From Octopus sinensis (Eukaryota), in NCBI RefSeq assembly GCF_006345805.1, contig NC_043013.1, forward strand, positions 41,788,001 through 41,852,000: DNA of 64,000 nucleotides, in the 5' to 3' direction. The translations under genes and the position numbers were made by a program. Below the pieces are notes generated by a model. The model was given only the letters and a program-made list of their open reading frames with translations. It searched no databases and was not told the DNA's origin. Position 1 is the stretch's first letter; each line of letters opens with the position of its first letter. Of this stretch, positions 15,819-29,575 are shown one piece after another.

Positions 15819-15858
15819 TGGAGACAGATAGATAGACAGATAGAGCGATAGATAGAGA

Positions 15859-15896
<38 letters not shown>

Positions 15897-16244
15897 GGCA
15901 CACAGACAGACACAGATATACACACACACGCAGCCTGACAAACCGTAGGTTATTTCAGTGGAAGATAAAGATAGCAAATCTTCGTTATCACTGGATAGTA
16001 AAATATTCATACTGCTGAATATGCTCTTCCATAAATATCGCGATAGATTAACTAAATCTTACCATTATAATCAAATTTGCTTAAGCATCCCAACTATATT
16101 AAATTAGTAAATTAGTCAACTTGTACAGGATATAACTTATTCAGCCAACACTTGCAGAATATTAACACACTTTAAATACGTACTCAATATTGCATCAATA
16201 AGCCTTCTACTAAAGAGGAATACACAAATATATAAATAATAGCA

Positions 16245-16315
<71 letters not shown>

Positions 16316-16519
16316 ATTATATATATATACAGTGTACGTTCAAACACAAAAGAGATACCCGAAGAATAGGATATCTGACTCGCTAGAAAGAGCAGTTAAA
16401 ACTCCAAGCCATCAATTGTTGTAATTCCGAAAGTAATTGGAAAATAAAAATTTTTACCTTAATCCTAGACCCTGCAAGGTTTCTGCAGACTTAAATACAG
16501 AGTGAAATAAAAATAATAA

Positions 16520-16906
16520 TCTCAGCCTATATCTGGCGCTGCTTCTTCAGTAGGTTGCCAGGACTGAACACATAACACCTAACATTTGGCCTCCTAATTC
16601 CCCAGATCTCAATCCATTGGACTATTACATGTGAAGCCCACAACACCAAAGATTCTTTGAAAGCTGCCACAGTCAGATTAATGTCCAGAATGAACCAGGA
16701 CCACTTGATTCGAGCATGTAGATGTTTTATATCTCATATAGACGAAGCTGTTGAAGCTAAAGGTGGCTTTATTGAATAACATTATAGAAAAGAAGGTTCA
16801 TTTTTATCCTCATAGCATTTTTTGATAAAGTAACTGTCTGTTATAATATATCTGGGTTTTTTTTTTTATAGGTATAAATCTGTCCTCAAATATCTTACGC
16901 ACCTTG
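16520..16906 (+). mobile_element. Tc1/mariner transposase C-terminal relic
   Basis: WPPNSPDLNPLDYY...ACRCFISHIDEAVEAKGGFIE followed by a TIR-like end cttacgcaccttg-TA. Confidence 0.75.
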
Positions 16907-17038
16907 TACACACGTTAATATATGACAAGGGAGCTGCGTCCAATGCATACACTTTCAGTAATGTGGACCTGAGTCAATATCTGTTACTCCAACTTAACTT
17001 GTTGAGAGTGACGCTTTCTTTCGTTTAGTCCCACATCC

Positions 17039-17077
<39 letters not shown>

Positions 17078-17084
17078 CGTGTGT

Positions 17085-17310
17085 GGCGAGCTGGCAGAAA
17101 CGTTAGCACGCCGGGCGAAATGTTTAGCAGTATTTCGTCTGTCGTTACGTTCTGAGTTCAAATTCCGCCGAGGTCGATTTTGCCGTTCATCCTTTCGGGG
17201 TCGATAAATAAAGTACCAGTTACGCACTGGGGTCGATGTAATCGACTTAATCCCTTTGTCTGTCCTTGTTTGTCCCCTCTATGTTTAGCCCCTTGTGGGT
17301 AATAAAGAAA
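17085..17310 (+). mobile_element. SINE family B, near complete
   Basis: Full head, core and tail match to the other copies. Confidence 0.88.
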
Positions 17311-17321
17311 TATATATATAC

Positions 17322-17730
17322 TCTTTTACTCTTTTACTTGTTTCAGTCATTTGACTGCGGCCATGCTGTAGCACCGCCTTTAATCGAGCAAATCGACCCC
17401 GGGACTTATTCTTTGTAAGCCCAGTACTTATTCTATCGGTCTCTTTTGCCGAACCGCTAAGTGACGGGGACGTAAACACACACCAGCATCGGTTGTCAAG
17501 CAATGCTAGGGGACAAACACAGACACACAAACACATACACATATATATGTATATATACATATATACGACAGGCTTCTTTCAGTTTCCGTCTACCAAATCC
17601 ACTCGCAGAGCTTTGGTCGGCCCGGGGCTATAGTAGAAGACACTTGCCCAAGATGCCACGCAGTGGGACTGAACCCGGAACCATGTGGTTGGTTAGCAAG
17701 CTACTTACCACACAGCCACTCCTGCGCCTA
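17322..17730 (-). mobile_element. SINE family A (tRNA head, ccttgggcaag CORE-like block, internal TA/TG microsatellite, LINE-like tail)
   Basis: Minus strand: ggcgcaggagtggctgtgtggtaagtagc head with B box gggttcagtcc; tail ggcggtgctacagcatggccgcagtcaaatgactgaaac plus (taaaagag)n. Other copies at about 23708, 26470, 27724, 49250, 53620, 62320, 63605. Confidence 0.88.
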
Positions 17731-18189
17731 TATACATATATAAAAATATATGTATTTTTATATGTATATGTGTCTACAAACACACACACACACACACACA
17801 TATTTATGTACATCCATTTTTATAAATGAGATAAAATAATTTTAAATAGAAAGATTTCTGTGTGGATGTGTGTGTGAGTGAGTGTGAATGTGTATGTGTG
17901 TGAGTGTGTGTGTGTATATATCTGTGTGTATCCGTGTGTGTGTGTGTGTGTGTGTGCACGTGTGTGGTGTGTGTGTATATATGTATGTCTTTCTGTGGAT
18001 GTTTGTTCTCTTTCCACTACCTGAGAATCAGCATTGGTTTGTTTGCTTTCTTGATACTTAGCGGTTCAGCGAAAGAGATCAACAGAATAAGTACCAGACT
18101 TAAAAAAGAAAAAAAAACAGCATTCACTGGCGCCGACTTATTTGACTGAACCTTTCGAGAATGTGCCCCAGCATGGCCGCAGTGCAACA

Positions 18190-18368
18190 TTACCTCCCCT
18201 GATATGAAGGCTAATCCGACGCAGGGTTAACCATTTACAGCTGAGGGGAGTGGAACAATGCGAAAAGAAGTGTTTTTACTCAAGAACACAAAGCGCAGCT
18301 GGTGTGATAATCGAACTCAAGATCTCTCGATCGTGAGTGCAACCCTCCTAACCACTATACCAAGCGCC

Positions 18369-18372
<4 letters not shown>
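18190..18372 (-). mobile_element. SINE family C, degenerate
   Basis: gtgaaggcgcttggtatagtggttagg head, similar to the copy at 33870-34187. Confidence 0.6.
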
Positions 18373-18421
<49 letters not shown>

Positions 18422-19735
18422 CAGGCTAAATCTCGAGAATGTCTTACATATTTTCTCAACCCCATAAATGGCCTGGTAATTTTAGATTGTTAATTAGCTG
18501 TATCCTTCCTACCTTTTTTTTTTGTTGTCTTTTCTAAAATACAGCTTCTCAAGACTGGAACGAAAACAGTTAATTCCATAACCAAGAACTTGAGTAATCC
18601 CAGGTATATATCTAAAGCGATAATCCAGATGCAGTTATCCGCTGATTTCTCCTTAGTTCAGCGAAAATGGCTGTCTTCTTTTATCTTTTACGTTACGTTG
18701 AAGTCTGCAGGACAATTTATATCCACTACAGCGCACACATTCTTTTCGTCTCAGATTATTATGTCTGGTTTTGTCTGGTCTGCTCTAGTATATACATTTC
18801 ACAGAGGTTATGAGAATATCTTATCAACAGCCTTTATAACGAATACACATGTGCATATACGTATGTATGTATGCATGTATGTATGTATTATGTATGTACG
18901 TATTATTATGTAGGTATGTGTGAACGTGTTTATGTATGCATGTGTGAATGTGTATATATATATGTATGTATATTCTCTTGCGTATTTAATAATTTGGAAG
19001 TCTTCCTATAAGGAAGGAGCTGATTTGTAACAAAGATACAAAGCTCCATCTTTGGAATGTTGATAACAAAAGCAGTATCACATTTGTAACTTGAGAAAGT
19101 CTTGAAAATGCTTATTGTTCCACTTAGAGATTGTATACGTAAATTTTGGATGTGTGTATGTTCTATTCTGCTTTTAATTATCTGGAGTCTTCTTAAAATG
19201 GAAGGAGCTAGTTTTTAGTCCAGCAGGACTAATACAAGATCTGTTAAGAGGACGGATTGACTTAGTGTAGGTTCAACGACTATTTAGCGATAGCACGGAC
19301 CCTCAGTTATTCTGGGTTGTCGTCTTGCGAGCTGGAAGACTACTGGGAGTGAGGCATCCCTTAGCTTTTGTTAAAGCATGTCTCTAGAAGGTCACTCAGA
19401 TATACAATCAGATATGCAGGGGATAGTATTGAACACTTTGAGGATCTCTTACTTGTACTTGAGACCCTGGCATTCCCACATTCCTGAACCTGCGACCCAC
19501 ATTGTCTCTGGGTCATGTCGGTAGGGTGGAGATGGTCTGCGGTGGATGGAGGGGTGCAAGCCTTATTGGACCTAAAATTTCAGGTTATGCAATCACCTAC
19601 GAGGCGACTTTCCGATGCCCGGTCGAGCAGGAGTGGTGCCGCGGTGAGCATACAAGCTGCGGGCGCGAACCAGATTGAAACTAACCGCAGTTACAATAAC
19701 CTCATTCACAGGCATTGCTGTTGAACTATTCTGTA

Positions 19736-20050
19736 AGGCGGCGAGCTGGCAGAAACGTTAGCACGCCGGGCGAAATGCTTAGCGATATTTCGTCTGCCGC
19801 TACGTTCTGAGTTCAAATTCCGCCGAGGTCGACTTTGCCTTTCATCCTTTCGGCGTCGATATATTAAGTATGTTTTCAAAGTGATATGGCCGTAAACTTC
19901 CATACAGTTTCCGTCAACCAGATCCACTCATAAGGCATTGATTGGCCTGAGACTATAGTAGAAGATACTTGCTCAAGTTGCCGCCCAGTGAGATTGAATC
20001 CAAAACCACGCGATTACAAAGCGAGCGTCTTAACCACACAACCAAGCCTG
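19736..20050. mobile_element. SINE B (plus) abutting SINE A head half (minus)
   Basis: Sequence match to both families. Confidence 0.75.
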
Positions 20051-20825
20051 TGCATTTAGTCTATTTATTTTCCCAATTTCCTCACACGCAATGCTATATT
20101 CGATAATCTTCTTGGCAAATGAATTTCACAATACTCCAAACTTTATATTGACTAATTCTTACAAATATAGACCATCACCATTGCCTCGGATTCCAGATCA
20201 GATTCAACTTATTTAAATATTATATATTTAGACATTTAATGATGCGATATGGTATTGTCGCCATTAAAAATTTTTATACAGAAACTGCCGTTAAAATTCG
20301 ACAGCCTAACAAACCTGTGAATATTTTGGTAGCTTAGTGAACCGATCATTAAAGTTTTAAATTTTCGCAACTTATTACTGTACGAAGATAAATATATTCA
20401 CACATAACTGCGTTTATGATTCCAGTGTTGAAAATCATTAGAGTTAGGTGACTAGCTTGGTGTTACGAATGCCTCATTTGAAATTTGTCACGGAACTGGT
20501 ATTATGTGTACCAGTGGTATACTACAATTAGATTCAGTCCAATTATAACTAGCCTAAACAAAAGATTGGCATTGTTCCAATCAAGTTAAGAGCAAATCAT
20601 TGGGAAAGCTATATATATATACATCGGATTAATTATGTTCTACATCTCTGAAGTTCGAGACGGCATGTAGTGAAATGGTTTGAAGAGTGCAGACGACGGC
20701 AGAAAAACGTCTGTTTCTAGAGAGCATTCGCATAGAATTTGCTCGCTTCGTCGTTTCTCTAATTGGTTTTTCACTTACCGAATATCTGCGTATGCATTCA
20801 TATATGTAAGTGCGTATATCAGTTT

Positions 20826-20862
<37 letters not shown>

Positions 20863-21278
20863 GGGCTGTGTTGTGTGTACGTGTAAGTGTGCGCATGTAC
20901 TGCGTTCGTTAATGCTCAGTGACAGGCATATGTGTGTACTGACACGAACGAACCTTCATAAGAGAGAAGATATCAGTTACAGACGCTGTGGTATGTCGAT
21001 GTGATTGCACTCGCAAATAAACGTTCATAACGGCACACATATGCATATGCATATATATATATACATATATATATATATGTGTACATATATGTGTGTGTGT
21101 GTGGTTTATACATAAATATACTTTATGTGTGTGGTGCGTGTGTATGTATGTATCACTGTATCATTATGCATGTTTATTGTGCATATGAATACATACATTC
21201 ACACACACATGCACACACACAATATATACATATACACCCACACACACACCTAATATACATATACCCATACACACATAA

Positions 21279-21325
<47 letters not shown>

Positions 21326-21389
21326 CATATATATTTATTTGTGTAATATATATAGATAGATATAGATATAGATATCTATATATACATTT

Positions 21390-21437
<48 letters not shown>

Positions 21438-22389
21438 TTACATAAATATATATATGTATGTATGTTTGTACATATATATATGTATACATATGTATAAGTG
21501 TAAATATATATGTGTGTGTGTGTGTTGTAGTTACACATATACATAGACGCAAAGACGTATATATGCATATATACTTACACACACTCATGCACACTCATAT
21601 TATACATATGCAGATCGACATACATAAAGGTATAATTTACACACACACACAAACACATACACACATGCACACATATATCCATATATGTGTCAGTGTGTGT
21701 GTTTGTGTGCAAGTGTGTGTGTGCGTGCGCGTACGTGTGTGAGTGTGTGCGTGTGCTTGCATGCGTGTCCGTTTGTGTGTATGCGTTTACGCGCGTGTGT
21801 CTATATGTTTGCGTGTATAATTGTATATATGTGTACCGGATTTACTATTCATATTCGAAGATCGATCGGTATCATATTAAGAAGTAATTATCTATCTTGA
21901 CCAGGTTTAGTAACTCCGCTATGCGTTCCTCCACTTCGCTAGACTACATTTGGCTCCCACCCCAACCCATACGCTCCACCTATATTCTAGCTCACCTCCC
22001 AAGTAGACCACCACGTCGAGCAGTAGACCTTAAGAAATGGCTTTGCTTACACAAGTCTATTACAGCGATTAACTCGAAAGAAAGAAGAAAAGATTGCTTA
22101 ATTCAAAATTGTGTGTGAGGATGAGTGTGTGTGTGGGTGGAAGTGGTTGTGTGTGTGCGTGTGTATGTGTGCGTGTGCGTGTGTGTGTGAAGGGGGGTGT
22201 TTTGCACAGACTGAAAAAGAGGGGGAAGAGAGAGAGGAAAGAGAAACTCATAGAATGGAAGGAGAGAAGACATAATTATCGATACATATGAATAAAATCT
22301 CTCTCTCTTTCTCTCTAAATATGTGTGCGCACACACACACACACATATATATATACACATATATATATACCACACACATATCTATATAT

Positions 22390-22433
<44 letters not shown>

Positions 22434-22493
22434 TACATATACATATATATATATACAATATATTTATATATATCTATATATCATCTATCTATC

Positions 22494-22545
<52 letters not shown>

Positions 22546-22557
22546 TCTATATCTATA

Positions 22558-22593
<36 letters not shown>

Positions 22594-23707
22594 TAACCAT
22601 ATTCGTCTATAACTTTCTCTTCAGAAATTTAACACATACTCTCTCTCTATGTCTCTCTTTCTCTCTCTGTGTTTCTCATACACATATATGTATGCATGTG
22701 TATGTAATTATATATTATGATATATATATATATATATATAAATATATATAATATATATGTGTGTGTGTGTGTGTTTATATTTATATATAATATATATATA
22801 TATATATATAATATTATGAGACAAGTATGTGTATGTAGGTATATGTAAATATGCATACGTACACACAAATATACAAACATACAGAACACCATATGGATAA
22901 GTAATCTGGTGCAATCGTCAGGAGTTACAGTGTAAAGAACAAAAAAGGAAAAAAAAACAAGGCCGGTATCCAGTATAAGCCGATGATGATTATGATGATG
23001 GTGGTGAGGGTGTGGTTGGAGAAGTGTTGGTAATAGTGGATGGTCGGCTGTGGGGGTAAACGGGTGATGGTATTGGTGCTATAAGCTATTGTACAGACTT
23101 TTAGGTCTCACCTACGTTCGAGCTGGATTGTAAATATTTGTAGGCGGAATAAGGAGACAAGCAACCGTCCTGAGTAGCGTGAATTCTTCAGGCACCGTTT
23201 GCTGGGCTCGAAGACGCCCAATCTAGCACCGTCAGCTATGTTTGTTTATTACACCAATGTTTGACGAGGGTTTCTTTTACGTTGGAAATTCTGGTAAAAA
23301 AAAAAGTGGAAAGAGAGAGACAACGATGGAGAAGTCTTATATATCTAGTAATCTACACACACACACACATAGATAGAGACAGACAGACACACAAACACGC
23401 ACACAATATATGTATGTACGAATATAGTGCATGTATATACATATATATACAATCGTTGGACAAAATAATGGAAACACCTTGAAATATCATGCAAATTTAT
23501 TTTAATATGGGGTAGGACCGCCTTTGACAGTAATTACAGTTTGAATTACAGCTATGGACCCGTACAAATCTGGTATTGTTTCCAAAGGAATTTTTGTCTA
23601 TTCTTCATCTAAAACAGTTTTCAGTTCTTGTAGTGATGATATTATACATTATATATATACACAAAATATATACATACAAATATATATATATATATTATGC
23701 ATATATG

Positions 23708-24095
23708 CCAGTCGGGGCTGTGTGGTAAGAAGTTTGTTTCCCAACTACATGGTTCCGGGTTCAGTCCCACTGCGTGGCACCTAGGGCAAGTGTTGGGCCG
23801 ACTAAAGCAACGTGAGTGGATTTGGTAGAGGGAAACGGAAAGAAGTCCGTTGTATATATATGTGTATATATGTATGTATTTATTGTGTGTTTTTGCTTAT
23901 GTGTTTGTCCCCCATCGTCGCTTGACAACCGGTGTTACTGTGTTTACGTCCCTGTAATTTAGCGGTTCCGCAAAGAGACCGACAGAATAAGTGCTAGGCT
24001 TTAAAATAAGTCCTGGTGTCGAATTGTACGACAAAAGCTCTTCAAGCCGGTGCTCCAGCATGGCTACAGTCAAATGATTTAAACAAGTAAAAGAA
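23708..24095 (+). mobile_element. SINE family A
   Basis: Head, internal microsatellite and tail ccagcatggctacagtcaaatgatttaaacaagtaaaag. Confidence 0.8.
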
Positions 24096-24688
24096 TGTGT
24101 GTGTCTGTGTGTGTGTGTCCTTGCGCGCGCAAGATCTGAAGGGGCGCGGCGTGTGGTATTCATGAAGAGCGAGTCTGCTCCCCCCAATAGCCAGAGTGTC
24201 TGAGGATTTTTTTTTACTGCAAAATGATTAATGTAATTGTACCTTTTCTTCTGATATAAAGGTCGTTCTTAGCATCTTAGCAATCGCTGCAGTGATGCTG
24301 GTGAACTGGTAAAAAACGTACGCTTTGTTCTAATCATTCAGAAGCTTAAGAATCTGACTGAGGGACATAGAAAGACGAGGAACAGAAACGGAAGATATAC
24401 AAAGCAGCCATTCTTTATTTGACAACACATAAATGTAAAATATTGTCAGAGGAGTAGAAACTTAAAATGTATTAAACTAACCATGTTTCCATTGCAAAGT
24501 AATACGATATTGAATCATCAGCACTTTCATATTTTTCACTTAAAATTAGTTTTGTAAGATAGTCAGTGTAATCTTTAATTTTATCAAAAATTCTGAGCAA
24601 CATATTGGAATGTTTATATTAGTCATCAGAAGGCGCCTAACGTTGCATTCCGCCATATTGCCCTTCAACATCTGACCATAGATTATTT

Positions 24689-24874
24689 TATTTCTTTATT
24701 GCCCACAAGGGGCTAAACATAGAGAGGACAAACAAGGACAGACAAACAGATTAAGTCGATTATATCGACCCCAGTACGTAACTGGCGCTTAATTTATCGA
24801 CCCCGAAAGGATGAAAGGCAAAGTCGACCTCGGCGGAATTTGAACTCAGAATGTAACGGCAGACGAAACTAACT
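24689..24874 (-). mobile_element. 5'-truncated SINE B inserted into the hAT relic
   Basis: 11-bp TSD ATAGATTATTT at 24678-24688 and 24875-24885; removing it rejoins NNL-WSD. Confidence 0.85.
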
Positions 24875-25072
24875 ATAGATTATTTATTACAACGAATACT
24901 CGTTCAGTTGGTGCAGAAGTATCAGGTGCTTTTCTTTGCAGTGAACAAAAAAAACTGTTTACTACTTTTAGTTCATAAAGTTCTGTTGTTGTATAAATTT
25001 CTGCCTCAGAAATCCAAAAGCTCTTTTGAATGAGAACTTCAGCAAATAACTGATCAATATTTATTATTCGCA

Positions 25073-25900
25073 AGGCGGCGAGCTGGCAGAAACGTTAGCA
25101 CGCCGGGCGAAATACTTAGGGGTATTTCGTCTTTCTTTATGTTCTGAGTTCAAATTCCGCCGAGGTCGCCTTTACCTTTCATCATTTCGGGGTCGATTTA
25201 TAAAGTATCAGTTGCGTACTGGAGTCGATCTAATCGACTGCCCCCTCCCCCAAAATTTCAGACCGTGTGCCTAGAGTAGAAAAGAATATGTATTGCTCGT
25301 AAGGCGGCGAGCTGGCAGGACCGTTAGCACGCCGGGCTAAATGCGTAGCCGTATTTCGTCTGCTGTTACGTTCTGAGTCCAAATTCCGCCGAGGTCGACT
25401 TTGCCTTTCATACTTTCGGGGTCGATTAAATAAGTACCAGTTACGCACTGGGGTCGATGTAATCGACATAATCCGTTTGTCTGGCCTTGTTTGTCTTCTC
25501 TGTGTTTAGCCCCTTGTGGGTAGTAAAGAAATAGGTATTTCGTCTGTCGCTACGTTCTGAGTCCAAATTCCGCCGAGGTCGACTTTGCTTTTCATCCTTT
25601 CGGGGTCGATTAAATACGTACCAGTTACACACTGGGGTAGATGTAATCGATTTAATCCCGTCTTTAGCCTCTATGTTTAGCTCCCTGTGAAGAATAAAGA
25701 AATAAATATTTATTACTCGTAAGGAGGCGGTGGGCTGGCAGATTTATTAGTACGCCGAGAAAAATGTTTAGCGGCATTTCGTACATTCATCCTTCCGGGA
25801 TTGATAAAATAAGTGCCAGTCAAAGGCTGGGGGCGATGAAATCGACTTACCCTTACCCCGAATTTGCTGGCCTTGTGTCAGAATTTGAAACCGATATTTA
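25073..25900 (+). mobile_element. Tandem SINE B multimer
   Basis: About four consecutive units. Confidence 0.85.
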
Positions 25901-26469
25901 TTACTTGCTTTCCAATACTTTTTTGTAGAACTTAACTGCAGACTGCTCATGACTGGGCCAAAATATGCCTCCAGAATTTAACAGCACAAAGTTTTCCGCC
26001 TCTTCAAACTTCTTTTTCTATAGGTATGAGAAACATCTTGCTTTAAACTTTTCAATTCTTTATTCCCCTCTTCAATGCATTTACCATTTCAATTTTTCTC
26101 AGGTTTTGAGGTAGAAATTCGCAGTTTTGCTTCCTTTTCTTTCTTCTATATTTGTAAACAGATTTTGTGTTTCTAGTTTGATATGTGCTGCGTTGGAATT
26201 ATTCTTCTCCACGGCCAGAATCGATTTGTCGAAAAATTTAAGATGTCCACGTATTAAACCATAAATACATTTTTTCCAGAGCCATTTTCAAAGAATTCTT
26301 TTATCTGTTTTAGCTGTCCTTATGGGAACAAAGGTGAGATTTCAAGCCAGCATGAACGTTCAGAATTCTTTCAACAGCTGATAACTGTGAGAAAATCTAG
26401 TAATACCATGTTGTAATAGCTTTTTGTATTACTCTCCGGCACAGTCACAAAATTTTCTTAGCTGGGTAT

Positions 26470-26937
26470 AGTCTTTTATTCTTTTATTCTTTTATTCTTT
26501 TATTCTTTTATTCTTTATTCTTTCACTTCTTTCAGTCATTTGACTGTGGCCATGCTGGAGCACCGCCTTTAGTCGAGCAAATCGACCCCAGGACTTATTC
26601 TTTTTAAGCCTAGTACTTATTCTATCGGTCTCTTTTGCCGAACCACTAAGTTACGGGGACGTAAACACACCAACATCGGTTGTTATGCGATGTTGGGGGA
26701 GCAAACACAGACACACAAACATACACACATACATATATAAATACAACGGGCTTATTTCAGTTTCCGTCTGCCAAATCCACTCGCAAGGCTTTGACTTTGG
26801 TCGGCCCGAGGCTATAGTAGAAGACACTTGCCCAAGGGGCCACGCAGTGGGACTGAACCCATGTGGTTGGTAATCATGTGGTTGGAACCATGTGGTTGGT
26901 AAACAAGCTACTTACCACACAGCCACTCCTGCGCCTA
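26470..26937 (-). mobile_element. SINE family A
   Basis: Complete copy with (taaaagaa)n tail. Confidence 0.88.
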
Positions 26938-26938
26938 T

Positions 26939-27150
26939 GGTGTGAATACACCTAAATCATCTGGTAATTACACTGCATTTATGGACATCACTGCCTAGAT
27001 TGGAATAGCATAAGAAAGATTGTCTTTCTTATCAGCTCTCAGCGCCACCGTCCGGTTTCTGTGACTGAAGATGAGATAACCGCTCCAAAATGCTTGCATC
27101 TCACATCCTGGATAGGGGGCGCTGCGTGCTGATTTAGGTGTATCCACACC
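26939..27150 (+). mobile_element. 212-bp element with 21-bp terminal inverted repeats and an internal hammerhead motif
   Basis: GGTGTGAATACACCTAAATCA ... TGATTTAGGTGTATCCACACC (1 mismatch), AT on both flanks; hammerhead at 27060-27105. Confidence 0.75.
27060..27105 (+). ncRNA. Type I hammerhead ribozyme motif, two substitutions from canonical
   Basis: tgtga CTGAAGA tgag-ataaccg-ctcc AAAA tgc-tt-gca TC tcaca: stem I 5 bp, intact CUGANGA, G12>A, stem III A-tgc/gca-U, AUC cleavage triplet. Confidence 0.7.
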
Positions 27151-27723
27151 ATTTGTCAACAGCGAGAAATTTTCTTCATGACAAAATATAATGAATGGCT
27201 TCTTTACGAGTTCGAACGTGCCACCCGTATATTCGAACTAGTAATACCATTTCATTTAAAATTATGGTTTCACATTTCGTTCTTGGCTCAAAATGTTTTG
27301 AGACTACATTCAACGAACAGTTTGATGTTTTGAAACTAAATTTATTAGAAAGTATATGAAAAACAAAAGCGCATTCTTTAGCGACAAAGCGAGGCTCCAC
27401 TTGGATTATTTATGACTTTTTAAAAAAGTATCAAGTCAGGATGAACTAGCAACAAAACTCACGCCTCAGAGGACTCTGCAAATCAGTGATCATATTTTAT
27501 TCAGTTGGCACAAAGCTTTTTTAGGAAAAGGTAATCCTTCTTGAATGCCTTCATAAATGTACACGATCTTTTCGGAGTTTTAAAACTAACTCAAAAAATT
27601 TTAAAGGTAATTTATATGAAATATTAAAGTATGAAATATGGTTCGGAATTGGTTTATTCTGTAATGTGTCAACGCCAAGAGAATTTTACAGTCAAAAATA
27701 TAGCAGTGGCAGTGTGGTAAGTA

Positions 27724-27903
27724 TAGGCGTAGGAGTGGCTGTGTGGTAAGTAGCTTGATTACGAACCACGTCGTTCCGGTTTCAATCCCACTGCGTGGCA
27801 CCTTGGGCAAGTGTCTTCTACTATAGCCTCGGGCTGACCAAAGCCTTGTGAGTGGATTTGGTGGACAGAAACTGAAAGAAGCCCGTCGCATATATATATA
27901 ATA

Positions 27904-27942
<39 letters not shown>

Positions 27943-28155
27943 TTATGTGTCTGTGTTTGCCCCCCCCCCCCAACATCGATTGACAACCGATGCTGGTGTG
28001 GTTACGTCCCCGTAACTTAGCGGTTCGGCAAACAAAGCCGATAGAATAAGTACTAAGCTTACAAAGAATAAGTCCTGAGGTCGATTTGCTCGACTAAAGG
28101 CGGTGCTCCAGCATGGCCACAGTCAAATGATTGAAACAAATAAAAGAGTAAGAAA
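27724..28155 (+). mobile_element. SINE family A
   Basis: Complete copy, tail cagtcaaatgattgaaacaaataaaagag. Confidence 0.88.
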
Positions 28156-28604
28156 AACGGACAGGAAATATGTAGCTCGAATAGCTTATTCATGAGACAA
28201 CGGAAAGGATTATTGTTACTTAATCCAAAATTCCACATATACGTACACACAGTAAAGCGAAAAATTGTGAATATTCACAGGAGAGAAGGTATATATTTCC
28301 ATAAATGTATGAGAGAGAGAGAGAAGGAGAGACAGAGAGACACAGACAGACCGACAAACAGACAGAGTTTCCTTCTATCAGATTTACTCACAAAGCATTG
28401 ATCGGTTCCGGGGTTATAGCAAAATTCACTTGCCCAAGGTACCTTGTAGTGAAACTGAACCTGAAACCATGTGGTTGCAAAGTAAGCTTCGTAGCCACTC
28501 ATACACATGCCTACGCATACACACACACACGCACACACATGCACACACACACACATACATATATATGTGTGTATTATATATATATGTATATATATATGTA
28601 TATA

Positions 28605-28682
<78 letters not shown>

Positions 28683-29046
28683 TATTTCTTAACATTGAGG
28701 ATAAAATCTTAAAAGAAATTATCAGTAGTCAGCGTGAAAAACCTCGTAAGAGAAAAATCCTCTTTGAAAATATTCATTTATTATATTGAGGGTATCTACG
28801 AATAGTAGTACCCTCAATATAATATAAAATATATATATATATATAAATATAATATAATATATATATATAATATATATAATTATATATATATATTATATAT
28901 ATATATATATAATTATATATATATATGTATGTATGTATATATATCCATATATATATATATATATAATATATCCATATATATATATGTCCATATATATATA
29001 TATCCATATATATATATATCTCCATATATATATATATCTCCATATA

Positions 29047-29092
<46 letters not shown>

Positions 29093-29522
29093 ATATATAT
29101 ATATATATGTGAACGACAGCAAACACAAAAAAAACGGAGAAAAATGTTACACAATTACAAATACAAACAAGAAAATAGCATCATGTGTCTTTCAACCAAT
29201 AAAGACGGATCAAGTTGAGCTGGCGCGTGTAGAGTGAAAGGCATGAGACAGGAATATAAGAGATGCTTCGTGGCCGGCAGTCGATCCAAGAAAGAATGAT
29301 CATCCTTGGCCGAACACCGGTCACGTGGAAGGAAAGAGAGAGGTAGGGGGCAGAGGAATTGAGCAATTAAGGGGAGAACGAGAAAGAGAGGAAAGCAATG
29401 GGACATATATACATATATATATGTTTACGAATATATATGTATACGTATGTATATAAATTTTTTCCGTAATGAGATAAAAAAACAAAACAAAGGTTTGTAG
29501 ATTTTAGAACATTTATAAATAG

Positions 29523-29575
29523 AATGGCTTACAGCTGTTTCTAAGATATTTATTATATCCCCTCATCGGATATGG
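29523..29575 (-). ncRNA. Degenerate hammerhead motif
   Basis: cCGATGA, ggggatat/atatctta stem II, GAAA, palindromic acagctgt, A; U4>C and stem I poorly paired. Confidence 0.35.

Larger units (their letters stand above)
24490..27600 (-). mobile_element. Fragmented hAT transposase relic with nested insertions
   Basis: N-terminal AKECAFVFHILSNKFSFKTSNCS...PRTKCETIILN (27176-27400); middle SAVERILNVHAGLKSH...EFFENGSG...GHLKFFDKSILAVEK (about 26000-26450); dimerization motif PDTSAPTERVFVVINNL|WSD...ILSEKY (25073 to about 24520). Confidence 0.72.

Noticed and set aside
23100-23230. CTGAAGA...gaacgta hammerhead-like pattern and an open exon-like frame on the minus strand
   Set aside because: Stems I and II do not pair; the acceptor lacks a pyrimidine tract and the peptide is unrecognised.
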